Source: Geosiphon pyriformis uo1 (lineage: Eukaryota; Fungi; Glomeromycota). From it: a DNA stretch of 64,000 nucleotides. The notes beneath the pieces were generated by a model. The model saw nothing but the letters and a program-made list of their open reading frames with translations. It was not told the DNA's origin and made no database searches. The stretch spans positions 372,001 through 436,000 of the forward strand of contig JAAOMT010000597.1 in assembly GCA_016748015.1 (NCBI GenBank), in the 5' to 3' direction. Shown here one piece after another: positions 12,601 through 24,712 of this stretch (its first letter is position 1; each line of letters begins with the position of its first letter). The position numbers and the translations under genes are program-made.

Positions 12601-13772
12601 AAGTAATGGGGAATTGTTATTGGGTGTACCTTTTAATAGTTTGATTGATTTCCCTGATGATTGGTGCAAAACTGTAATTTCTTGGTAATCTGGTATATTG
12701 AAACAATTCTGTATAAAAATTTTCTCTTGCAGATTTAATGTTAACTGTTCCTCCTAAGCAGTCTGTGATTTTATCATTAACATAAAAGTTGAAGACTGAT
12801 TTTGCTGAAAAATGGTTATTGTTTAATCTTAACTGTTAGCTGTACTGTTAAAACAAGAATTTGGCGAATCCTAAATGGTTTGCTCTTATAATTTCTAATT
12901 CTGCCACTTTTGGATGATTGTTGTTGATGCTGGTTCTCTGTAGGATTATACCTCATAGGGAGCACCAAATATTACAAGTGATTATTTGGAGTCAAAGCAA
13001 ATAACAAACTCATAACTTGGTGCTCAATTGATATAATGGTGTTGATCGGAAGGTATTGTTATCTGAAGGTTTTTGATTAAGTCTTTTGTATAATAAACAA
13101 AAATTCAATAGTTGTTTATCCATAGCTTTCCAGAATTGCAATTCTGTCAATTTTTTTCTTCAGCTTAATGGCTGGTACTTTTCTGATAAGTAATTTGTAA
13201 TTCTTTTACATGCTCTATCCACTTGCAGAGGTCTTTTATTAGGCAATCTTTGATGTTAATAACTCAGTGCTTTAATTTTTTAATTGATTAGTACACAACA
13301 AAAAAAATAACAAGAAAATAAAAAAAATAAAAAAAATAAAAAAAATTAAAGAAATAAGCCAAGATGATAAAAGTTAGTATTCCATCAATAGCCATGATCA
13401 AAAGCTATTGTTTCAGTGTGGTCAAGTATTAATTACTATTAACATGAAGTGTTGATAGTAAAAAGTAGATTTGAAATAGTAAATAATTATTTATTTTGAT
13501 ATTTGTAATGTGAAAGGTTGCTTAGATTAAATCTAAACTAGAAGGTCTGTCTTTTTCTACTTCTAATGCTACCAATATATATACATAATTGAGATTCCTT
13601 AATTTCTTGGTTTTTTACACCAGGAATCCTGCGATTTTTTATATGAGAATCCTGAAATTCTTGGAATCCTGAAATTTTTTTTGAGAGAAATTCTGGAATT
13701 CCACATTTACTATGGCTACTTCTGATTGGCTAATTTATATGCTAATATACTTCTTATGTTCTATGAGTAACA
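9689..13772 (-). mobile_element. Element B (family alpha), 5' part: LTR, PBS, gag, protease, start of Cys-rich insert; inserted in gag of C
   Basis: Colinear with A 5470-9688; LDSGLAG near 10565; right flank is beta gag. Confidence 0.9.
12970..13772 (-). repeat. 5' LTR of B with GGAATCC/GGAATTCC-type U3 array (13590-13703)
   Basis: TATTAC(=TGTTAC)...GTAACA; PBS at 12951-12967. Confidence 0.9.
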
Positions 13773-16437
13773 ACAGTTACTTCTAAACCAATAGCTAATG
13801 ACTCTATACAACAAAACATTCTGATTGCTCTCCAAGATATACAAACTGCTTTAGAATGAAGAAACAATAACCCATTACTATTATTTAAAGATAATACATA
13901 AGATTCTATTAAATAGTTAGATGACTTTGAAAGAACTGCCACAGCCAACCAATATAATAATGAATACAAGTTCCAAATCATTGGTGGCTATCTTCAAAAC
14001 TCTCCTGCTACTTGGTTCTTACAAAAAACCAATATCAATGCTTAGCAAAAAATCATTAGATGGACACTAACAAATGTTAGAGAAAATAACACTTCTTTTA
14101 CTATCTAGTTTGAAATGAAATTTAGAATTTCTATCTTAATATTTAAATGGCATATGGAATTAGAAAGAAGAACTCAAGGCCCTGGTAAAGTTGTAAATAA
14201 ATATGCCAAAGTTATTAGAAAACTAATCAAACAAATAGACTTTGAAAGAAACTAAACAGAAGAACAGAAAATTTACTCCTTTATAAAAAAATTGAGAACT
14301 GATCTTTTATATGCTCTTTGGTTCTAAAAAACTATTCCATAATAAATATGGCCATTAACTTGTCTAATGAATTAAAAACAACCAAAAAATATACTTGAGA
14401 TTCACACTACTAGTTTTTGCTCCTGCTTTTTAAATGGCTGTTACTTTTTTTACTGTTCAAATTCCAGATTCCAATGAACAATTAATAGATAAACTTATAG
14501 CTAATTTTGTCCAGTTACTAGAACCCTTAGTCTAAGCAGTCAAAGATAATCAACAACCACAAAGATCCAGATTTGAACTTCATTTTAATCAGCCCTAGCA
14601 ATTCTCTTATTAAAGGCAGCAAAATTATGGCCCACCTGTATGCTATCACTGTGGATTAACTGGACACTTTTCTAAAGATTGCAACAATTTTTTATTGCTT
14701 TCTTCAGTTCCTAGAAACAATAACAATTAAACCAACAGAACTATTAACAACAATGCCCCTAATCAAAGACTCAATTATGTTAACATCAATTTTTTTGGAG
14801 AGAATCCTCTAGTTAAAGCCACTGTTTATCAGCCTTTAAACTAATAAGCACACTTCCAAAGATTAAGAGTGCAAGCCAACCAGAAAAAAACCTTTTTTAT
14901 GCTTTTAACCTAATTAATAATGATTATGATATAGATGAATTAGCAATTAACACCTCTGAATCAATAAAAAAGAAAAAAAAAGCCAAGATTGATTTCATTT
15001 TGGACCCAAACAAAGCATCCAAATCAATTGTTGATAACAATAAGCCATCAAAGACTAAAATTTTTAAAAATTTTCCAAAGTTAGAACTCCCAGAAATAGT
15101 ACAAAAATCTGGCTTCTATTTTGTTGTTAAAAATCTCATAAAAATTTCAGCACAAATTATATTTGGCCAACTAATAATTCATCTACAGTTCAGAAAAGAT
15201 CTTTACAAATCATTGATACCAAAAAAAAAAACACCAAAGACCAACAAATGCTCCTGTCAAGCTGGACTTGCTGATAATAACAATATTACTTCTTTAATTT
15301 GTAAAGTCCAAGTGGCTGGTTATTTTATTAGTCTAATTCTAAACAGTAGATCATTTGTTAATGTAATTGCCAAACATTTTCTTGAAGCAATTGGCAGAAA
15401 GATTAATGAGCCTTCTACTTGACCAATGACCAATGTATATGATAACAAGAAGAAAGGTCTGGGTATAGCCAAAGCTGTTTCTGTTCATATCAATGATATT
15501 AGCATTAAAACTGACATAAAGATATCTGAAGTCAAGGAATACACAATAATTATTGACAATAAATGGCTCAAAAGTTTTTCTTGATTATAAACTTTGTAAA
15601 CTAACCATTAGATGTGATAAAAAGCTCATTGTGATTAAGTGCTGTTATTAGACAACCTCTCCAGTATTCAAACAAAACCAAGAAAAAGAACAATTAGATG
15701 AATCAAATAATAATGAAAGTGATAAAAAGAAAAATCAAGAAGAACAAAAAGAAACTGTTAAACTCATTTATACTATTTTCACTAGCAATGGCAAGCCACT
15801 GGACAATGTTAAAGCTAACAAAAAAGAAATTATAGTAAATGGCAAGCTGATCTGCTGGTTTTATTATAATATTCTTAAAAGAACCTTTGATAAAAAAGCT
15901 AATAAGAAAGCAAAATACAGTTATTGGTGACATGGTTCTTGTGTCAAATGCTGGTGTAATAAACCTTTGTATTCCTTTAGTAATGAATGCAAGTCCTGTC
16001 TGATCTATTACAAAGATTGGGAGCCAATTAGTTTAATACCCAAAGAAGAGCTAAAAGAAGTACAGAATTCCTTTGAAAGTGAACCATTTGAAATCCAATT
16101 ACTAGTTGTAGAACAAAAAAAACCTTTTTCTGGAAAAAAAAAAAGACATTGAAAATCTGTTAGCTAGAAATAATCCAGTTATCTCAAAAAAAGACGATAC
16201 TTCTAAATGAACCCATGTGATACAACACACTATTACTACAAAAAAAACTTGTCCCATCTATTTGAAGTCTTATCAATCCAATTGACACAATAATGAATTC
16301 ATCAAAAATGAGATAAACTGAATAAAAAATCTTGGATTTATACAAAAAACCAAGAATAAATAAGCTTTTCCAGTTATAGTGGTATCCAAAAAAAGTGGAA
16401 CTCTATGTTTCTGTGTTAATTACTATTAATTAAATGC
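13773..16437 (+). pseudogene. C gag (CCHC near 14640), protease, Cys insert, start of RT
   Basis: Homologous to G 38925-41628; CYHCGLTGHFSKDC. Confidence 0.88.
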
Positions 16438-17396
16438 TGTTACTGGAGGTTTTTGGTCTCTTTTTTGTAATGTTGTTGATACTTATTTGCTGTGAATTTA
16501 CATTTTCTGGATGTGGTTGAACTTCCAGTAACTGAATTTATCTTCAAATTATCTCCTATAATTTGAACTTGCTGGGCTTATAAGTGGAATGGCCAATTCC
16601 ATGCCAGTTGCTTTATGTAGTTATGTTGTAGTAAACATCAACTCTTTCCCAGGAATTGCTTGTCTGGAAGCTCACTAAAAATGTGTAGTTACTTTGCTGT
16701 GAAAGTCAACTCTTCTACAGGAATCTCGTCTGTAGGCTACCCTAATGATTGTAATAAGAAAAAAAAAGAAAAATAAAAGAAGTGTAAAAGAAATAGGATT
16801 TTTATCAAGGGAAACGTTTTCTATCCAGGCCTGGAATCACTAACAGTTTACTGAAATTGGTAGCTAATCAATTTCGAAATGTTAATTGGGTTTTGGGGAT
16901 TTTCCAAGTGCAATAATTAAAGAATTTGGTTTTTCGAATTATTTGATATTTATTTTTTTTTGTGTGTATAGGAACAGTTTTTAAGAAATAAATCTAAAGT
17001 AAGATACATTTTCTCGAAGAGAGAAGCTCTTCTTTTATACAACTTGTTGTAACACTATTCTATGAACTTGAACTTTGCTATTTTCTACAATTTCGCTGAA
17101 CTAAAGATACATTTCGGCAAACTACAAGTTATTTCGGCGAACTATTAGATATTTTCGATGAACTATCAATTATTTCGGTGAATTTCTACAAATTTTGGCG
17201 AACTTCTGAATGTTACATAGTTCGGGGTATTGCATGATTGATCATCGCAATTAGATTACATTTGTGTTGTGTACAATTTGAGTTATTAATTAAATGATAA
17301 TTTCGGACATTTTTGTTAATGTAATAAGTGATCATTTGGAACAATAATATATGCTAATTAATAATAGGAATTATAAGATAATTTCATCTGGTAACA
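16438..17396 (-). repeat. 3' LTR of D (959 bp), with PPT GAGGAGGAGGTTA at 17397-17409
   Basis: TGTTAC..GTAACA; matches 24713-25273. Confidence 0.95.
17090..17205. repeat. U3 ~21-bp-period array of TTCG-G-CGAA palindromes (D type)
   Basis: About 6 units; same array at 24943-25058. Confidence 0.88.
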
Positions 17397-18093
17397 TAAC
17401 CTCCTCCTCAAAACTGAGCTCCGTTGAAGTCCAAGTACTGTCTGTTATTTCCAGATAATAATCCAAAATTATTGAAGAAATTTGGTCTGAAAATTGTTAA
17501 AATTTCAGTTCTGTGAGCCTTCCAATGTATTGAATCTTCAAAGATTGAAAAATTGGGTTTTGTAGTACGTGTTTACAGGTGTGGAATAGATCATAAAGTC
17601 TAAGGGCAGCTCTAAGCCTGTAGCAACTGTTTGTTGATCCAGCTGTTGTCTTGAATTCATTGTAGAGTTGTTTCTGAATAGCTTCTTTTGTGAGATTTGC
17701 TGTTGTAAGTTCCAGTTTCTATTCATAAAGTGTTTTTCCAATGTGAAAATATCTATAGATTGGAGGATATTCAGTGTTTTCCTCATTGAGACACAGTTGA
17801 AGTTTTTGTTGAATTGTAGCATTTGGTGGAATATTAATTGGAGTGAGCATTAGGTTTTCTCTTAAAGCAAGCTTTAAAAGTTCTGACAGGTAAATTCCAG
17901 TATAACTTCTTGTGTTCTTTTTATACAGGTGATATTTTCGTGAATTTGGGGCTAAATTTGTAACTACTTCTGTTTGGGTATAATTTATGTGGTTTCCAGT
18001 AACAGTAATGGATAATTCGGGTATTGTTTTTAAAACTAACATTAGTTTTTGGGATAATTGTTGAATGTTTTGAGGAATAGTTATTATAAGCAA
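17371..18093 (-). pseudogene. ORF3 of D (~240 aa), runs through the PPT into the LTR
   Basis: One frame with two internal stops: IPQNIQQLSQKL..YRYFHIGKTL..AALRLYDLF..ELSFEEEVMLPDE. Confidence 0.8.
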
Positions 18094-18201
18094 TTGAAAA
18101 TAAAATAAAAATTATTTTGGTGTATGGGTTTTTATGTTATTTTTGTTTTTGTTTTTGTGAGATTGTTTCTAAATTATAAGAGAATAACTAGTAAAATTAA
18201 A

Positions 18202-19587
18202 TTAAGTGTTCAGGTTGGAAGGTTGTTCAATGACAACTATTGGTTCTAAGTTGCAGAGAATATCTTTGGGACTGACCAAAGGGGAATGTATACCAACTTG
18301 TGGAATTAATGGTTCAGGATTGTTTCTGGAATAATAGTGTTTCAAACGATCTCCATGTGCAACTTTTGCTAGGATTTTGTTATCAAGTCTTAGCTTGTAT
18401 GATCCATTGCCTAGGACTTCATGAATAAAGAATGGTCCATTCCATTTATTTTCAAATTTTCCACTCCATTGTTTTTCAGCTTTAGTTCTGTGTAAGAGAA
18501 CTTTGTTTCCAATTTTAAATTCATTGGTGACTGAAGACAATTTGTCATCATGCCGTTCTTTTTGTTGAGCTTGGGAGTGTTCAATATGGGTGGCTGCTAT
18601 TTGTTGTTTTCCTTCCAATGTGCTAAGTAGAGTGTAGGCTCTTCGCTAAAGCATTTCTTGGAAATTGTTTTCATTGATTGGTTGTGCTGGGTATGTTTCC
18701 ACTGTGAAACTAATTGGTAACATTGCCATCCTTCCATAAGTTAAATCAAATGGTGTGTGTTTCGTGGTGTCTTGTTTTAATGTCCTATATGCTAGTAACA
18801 CTGATGGAATAAAGAGATCCCATTCTTGATCAAAATCGGTTGAGACTTTGGCTAATGACTCACACAATGTTCTGTTAAAACATTCCACAAGTCCGTTTGT
18901 TTGTGAATGGTAGGACAAAGACAGAGGTCTTTTGACATTAAATCGTTCACAAATTTCTTGTATCAGGTTGTTCACAAAGTGTGTTCCCTGATCAGATAAA
19001 AGTTCAATTGGACATCCATGTCTACAAATGATGTCTTCGTAGATGAAATTTGCTACTGATTTTGCATCTGCTCATTGAATGGCTCTGGCTTCAGGCCATT
19101 TAGTAAGATAGTCTACAGCTACTGCAATATAACGGTTTCCTTGAGTGGTGATAGATAGTGGTCCGACTAAATTGATACCAACTCTGTCAAAAGGCTGTCC
19201 AACTTTGATTGGATTTAAAGGTTCTGTAGGGCGAGTTCCTCCTCTTCTTTGACAACTATCACAAGATTCGACATATTCGTGAATGTTTTTTCTTATTCAA
19301 GACCAGAAGTAGTATTCTAGTGTTCTTTGAGTGGTGCTATTTTTTTTGAAGTGTGCTGATGAAGGATTCGAGTACATGTTGTATAAAATGGTCTTTTTTT
19401 CTGGTTCTTGTATTAATCTGAGTGGTTTGGTTGGGTTTTTGAAATTTTGATAATAGATAATGTTGTTGTGTAGAAAATATTGTTTGGCTTGTTGTTGTAA
19501 CCGATGTTTTTCATCTGGGGATCAATCAGTTGGGATTGTTAATGTCTCCAAATATTGTTTGAGATTGTTGTAGTTTTTGGGGTTCAT
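18202..19587 (-). pseudogene. Integrase of D, own ATG (MNPKNYNNLKQYL)
   Basis: HHCC-like region, LSDQGTHF, QTNGLVE, KWNGPF; 462 codons. Confidence 0.92.
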
Positions 19588-19636
19588 TGTTTGTTGTTTT
19601 GATGCTGTTAATTCAGATGGGTGTTGGTTTTGTTTT

Positions 19637-22600
19637 CTAATCTTGTCTCATTCTTGAGAGACAATCAACGTTGGTGTGGAGTTTTCCTGGTTTGTGGTGT
19701 ACAATGTATTGGTAATTAGCTAAAAATTCTGTCCATTGGGTTTGTTTTGTGTTCAGCTGGGTGTTTTTGTTTTGAAGCCATTTAAGTCCAATATTATCAG
19801 TGATAATATTGAATTCTTTGGGTCTGAGGTAAAGGTTGAAGTGATGTAGGGCCCAGATTACTGCTGCAGTTTCTAATTCTGTTGTGGGGTAGTTTTTTTT
19901 GGCTGGCTTTAATGTTCTACTAGCATAAGCAATTACTCGCTCATTTCCATTGTCATCTAACTGTGATAGGATAGCACCAAAGACAGTATAAGAGGCGTCA
20001 GTTGCTAACTGGAATCGGTTGCTAAAATCTGGGTAGGCGAGGATTGGAGCTGTTGTGAGTTTTTCCTTAAGTATTTCAAAGGCATTTTGGTGTTCTTCTG
20101 TCCATTTGTATTCGATATTTTTAGTAGTGAACTGGTTGAGAGGTTTTGCAATTTCTGAGAATCCTTTGATGAATTTTTGGTAATAGGATGCTAATCCAAT
20201 AAATCCTCTTAATTCTGTGGTATTTCGTGAAGTCTTAAAGTTTTTGACAGTACTGATTTTTCCGGAGTCTGGTTTAATTCCATCTTTACTAACAATGTGA
20301 CCAAGAAAAGCTAAACTTGTTTTTTCAAAGTAGCATTTTTCAATGTTTAGTTTCAATCCTGCTTTCTGTAATCATTGAAAAACTTCTCGCAGGTGACTTA
20401 AATGTAGCTCGAAAGATGGTGAATAAACATCAGTGTCATCAAGATAAACTACTACTAATTTCCAAAGGAGTCTTTTGTAAACAACATCCATGAGTCTTTG
20501 GAATGTTGCTGGTGCATTGCATAATCCAAAAGGCATTACATTGAATTCATAATTTCCTTCTTGAGTGGTGAATGCTGTTTTGGGGCGGTCTTTGGGATCC
20601 ATAGCAACTTGCTAGTATCCACTCTCTAAATCTAATGTTGAAAAGTATTTGGACTTTCCAAGAGCATCCAACATGTCATCAATTCGGGGAAGAGGGTAGG
20701 CATCCCCAATGGTGACACTGTTGAGTTGTCAGTAATCAACACAAAATTGTATCTTTCCATTTTTCTTTTTAACTAGAACCACAGGTGAGGATCATGGACT
20801 CATTGATGATTGAATAAGCCCATTGTTAAGCATCCATTGTACTTCTTCTCGAATAAATTGGTGACTTTCTGGAGCAACTCGGTAGGCTTGTTGTTGCCTG
20901 GGTTTGGCATCTCCTGTATAGATTTGGTGTTGAACCAAATCAGTTCTTCCTAAGTCATTGTTGTTTTCGGCGAAAATATTAGCAAATTCTGCAATTAGTT
21001 CTTTGAACTGGGTCTGTTGTTGTAGTTCAAGTTGTCCCATGTTGATTCGAGATAGTTTTTCTATGACAACATAGTAGTTTTCAGAGCTAAGGTTTGGGTT
21101 GATTTTCAGTAGTAAATGTCCAATAATTTCAGGGAAATCGGGGACTGTTTGGGGTAATTCTTGTTGAAATATATTATTGTGAATAACTCCAATTTCTAAA
21201 TTATTTAACAAAATTATGGGGTAATTATTGGGGTTGTAAAAAGTAACTCGGACTTTCTTTGTTCCTTCTGGAATATAAATGTTTGGGATCAAAATATTAT
21301 GTTCCAAGCAGATTTGTTCATTGGATTCAAAAATTTGTTGTGTAGTTGTTGGCTTTGTGCAAGTATAGATTTCCGGATGTTCTCCAAAAGGTGAGATGGT
21401 AATCAGTTGTGGAAGTCTGAGAATCTGGTGGGATTTGTTCTGTGTGTTAAAAGCTATATTAACTGGAACTGTGAATCGTCCAGTTGAACCAAAACCTTGG
21501 GTTCCTCTATCGCTTTTTCCTAATTGTTCTCTTTAATTGACTAGTTGCAACCCCGAAATGTTGATTAAGGGTAGGTAAATAGCTTGGGCAATTTTTTCAG
21601 CATGTTCGATCTTGAATGGTTTGTCAGTTTCATTTTGAAGCATCACTGTTATGTCTCCAGTATATCCAGCATCAATAATTCCTTCTCTGCCATTGATTTC
21701 TTTGCTTGTCAGAGAGGACCGAGAGGTAATTTGAACCATTGCTCCTGGCAGGATTTCGAGTGCAATTTTGAGGTTGATTTTTGTGAGAGATTTGGGTTTG
21801 AGAACAAGAGTATCCTTGCCTGGATATTTTAGGTCATATCCAGCATCAATTTTGTGTGCCTTTTTGGGTTTTATTCCTTGTCCATTGTTGTTGAAGTATT
21901 TAAGTTGTAAAGCAGGCTGATTTTCAATAAGGTAGCTGGATGTTGTTTCAATTTCTTTTGTTTCTTCAGATTCTTCAAATTCAATTTCATTCTCATCATT
22001 CTCACTGGGCAAGGGAATACTAAGAGCATAGCATTCAGAACACCACTGTTCATCGCAAGGCATAATGCATTCTTCACATAGCCTAATGTTCATTTGCTCT
22101 AATCATTGAATTTGAGCTTCTTGGGTCGAGTAGGTGTGACTTGCAATTTGGTAGTAGACTTCTACTTTATCTTCATAATCGAATCCAGCTAATTCCATAG
22201 TGTATTCAATGTATTCTGCTTCCTTCATTTGACGAACATTTTCTTTGGTAGCTCCATTAATTAATGCCATTGCTAAGTCAAAAATCATCTCGGCATCATG
22301 AGGGTAGTGATAAAGTTTGTTGAGAGCACTATTGTATGCTGCATTAAAGGGTGTTCTTCTTTTTACTTTTTCTGAAATTGATAAAGCATATTGGCAGGTC
22401 TGATCGCAGACACCTCCTCTCATTGCTACATCAATTCAATTGCATTCTTCTGGTAGCATATCTCCACAAGTCAAACAAAGGGTGTTGTCCCATTTTCTGC
22501 TCCTTTTTATTAGATGGTCCCATCACTCTCTGTGACAAGCCTTGCAGTAATAACAAGTATGATTCTCATATTCTTCTTCAGGTGAAATGCAGGCTCCCAT

Positions 22601-24692
22601 TGACAATAGTTTTTTGTGGCAGTCCTTACATTTAAGGGGAATATAGGGGCGTTGTTTTTTTGGTTCGGGTTTTGAGTAAGGTATATTCTATCCAGAGGTT
22701 TCGGGTTTAGTGTGTGGGTTAAAATGTTGTTGTTCTGTTTCATCAGCCCAGTTGAACGTTGATCCAAGAGCCATGAATGTTTCGATTATTGGTTTTTCTT
22801 CTTCTGGTTCAAATTCAAAAGCTGGGGCTTTTTTAGAATGTTTGTTGAATGTACTACAAATGGCAGGTACTCAGGCATGTTGTCCTTGGTAGGAGATTGT
22901 TAACTCTTGTGTTTCCCAATTCAGATTAGCATTGGCTTTTTGAAGCCAATCATTTCTGACGAGAGCTTGGTACTGGGATGCGTTCATTACAAGAACTTTG
23001 ACTGGAATGGTGATTCTGTCAAGAGTGAATGGAAAATTGTTAATTTCTCCTACTGGTGTCTTTTTCATACCATCAGCAGTGACAATTACTGTTTGAGCTG
23101 GTCAGTCGACATTTCTTTTCAACTGTTGCATTAACTGATAGGTAATAATGCTTCTGGCGGATCCCCTGTCTAGGATCAAGCGAATGGGCTTTCCTTCTAC
23201 TTCAGCTTCTGTGTACATTACAGTGATGGCTTTTTGCTCATTAGCCGCTGCATTGCTAAGCAAGAATGGTGATTCATTTGCTTTAAATTCAAAAGGAAAG
23301 ATATCAGAGAGATTGGTGTTTTCAGCAATTCAGGCTGGTGGAATAGTAGTGTGGTTATGAGAAGGGTTTCGTTGTTGTTGTGCTGCAGCTCTACCTTCCG
23401 AGGGTGCAGTATGGTGAAAATTCTGTTCTTCCGGCATTGTTAAATAACTGGGTTGAGTGTGGTAATGGTTGGGTCTTGGTTGAGTGGTATTTCGGGGAAC
23501 CAATTGGTCGTTCGAACTGATTCTACTGTTGTTTACTTGGTATCAGTTTTGTGGTGTGAATTGATTTTGTGTAATCAGTCTTCGAGCAGGTACTTGATAA
23601 TGTTGTGTGAATGGTTGTTGGTATTGCTGTTAGATTGGTTGTGGGGCAGGCTGATAATAGTTATTTTGGTATTGGGGTCTTGGTGGATAGTAAGCTGGTG
23701 GTGATAATTGATAATAAGATTGCTGTGGTTAAGAGTAACGTTGATTACCCCTATTTTGTTGGTCTCGTTGTAGCTTTCTGCAATCTCTTTTCCAGTGGCC
23801 AGAGATTCTACAGTAATGGCAATTCTGGGGCTGGTTATTAGAAAGTGGTGCAAAGTTATTTTGATTTCGTCTTTGGGGTGGTTGATATCTTTGGGGTTGT
23901 TGTTGTTGTTAATTGGTAAAATAGTTTTCGACCTTCTTTGTGAGTTGGTCAATTTTTTCCTCAGCTGCTGAGCTGAGTTCTCCAATTGCCAAATTTACAA
24001 GTTTTGTACAATTGGCTTCTTTTATGGCCATTTCGTATCTTTTTGCATGCTGTATGGCAGAGTTTAAATCTTCTGGTGTGTGTGGGCGAACCTTTTTAAT
24101 TAGTTTATCTTTTAGACCAGCAATAAATTGATCCAAGATTTGAGCATCGGAATAATAATTGTTTGTCTCGAGTTGGTGAATCCATCTGAGAAGTTTGTTG
24201 AATTTCCCAATATAAGTCATAACAGATTTGGAGGGTTCTTGTTTGATATTTCGAAAATGATTGCGAAGAGTGATAGAGGTATTATTGTCAGTGAACTGTT
24301 CAAGGAAGGCTGCTTTGAAAGCATTCCAATCATTGAATGGGGTGGCAAGGTTTTCAAACCATTCTTCTGCTGTTCCTTTGAGAAAGTAGAGAATTGTTCT
24401 TAACATTCTGGCAGTGTTCCATCCATTTGCATCTTCAGCTTTAGTAACTTGGTCGAGCCATTCTTGGGGACTGGTCTCAATATCTTCTCCATTGAATTCA
24501 GGGATTTTTGCGATGTATGTTGTCATTTTGTTTTCTTCATTTTCACTGTCTATTGATTTTTCTTCAGTTATTTCAGAGTTGTTTTCTTCATTTGCTACTG
24601 TCTCAGAGTGTTCACTTAGATTTTCAGCTAGAAAATCAAGGAGATTGGAACTAGTTTGAAGGGGTTCTTGTTGTCTGGTGGGACTTCTGAGT
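19637..24692 (-). pseudogene. gag-PR-Cys-rich-dUTPase-RT-RNaseH of D
   Basis: Gag KIPEFNGED; CHYCRIPGHWKRDC; LDRGSA; MPFGLCNAPATFQ; YLDD; ATDAS..ELE..TDN. Confidence 0.94.
21478..21870 (-). pseudogene. dUTPase domain of D
   Basis: All five motifs: AGYDL, SRSS, GIIDAGYTGDI, EKIAQ, RGTQGFGSTG. Confidence 0.95.
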
Positions 24693-24712
24693 NNNNNNNN
24701 NNNNNNNNNNNN
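24693..24712. other. Assembly gap (20 N) hiding D's gag start, PBS and U5
   Basis: N run; ~420 bp of LTR seen in the 3' copy is missing here. Confidence 0.97.

Noticed and set aside
18202-18330. Chromodomain at the integrase C-terminus
   Set aside because: Only a GPF module and a short LEPIVVI tail; no aromatic-cage motif
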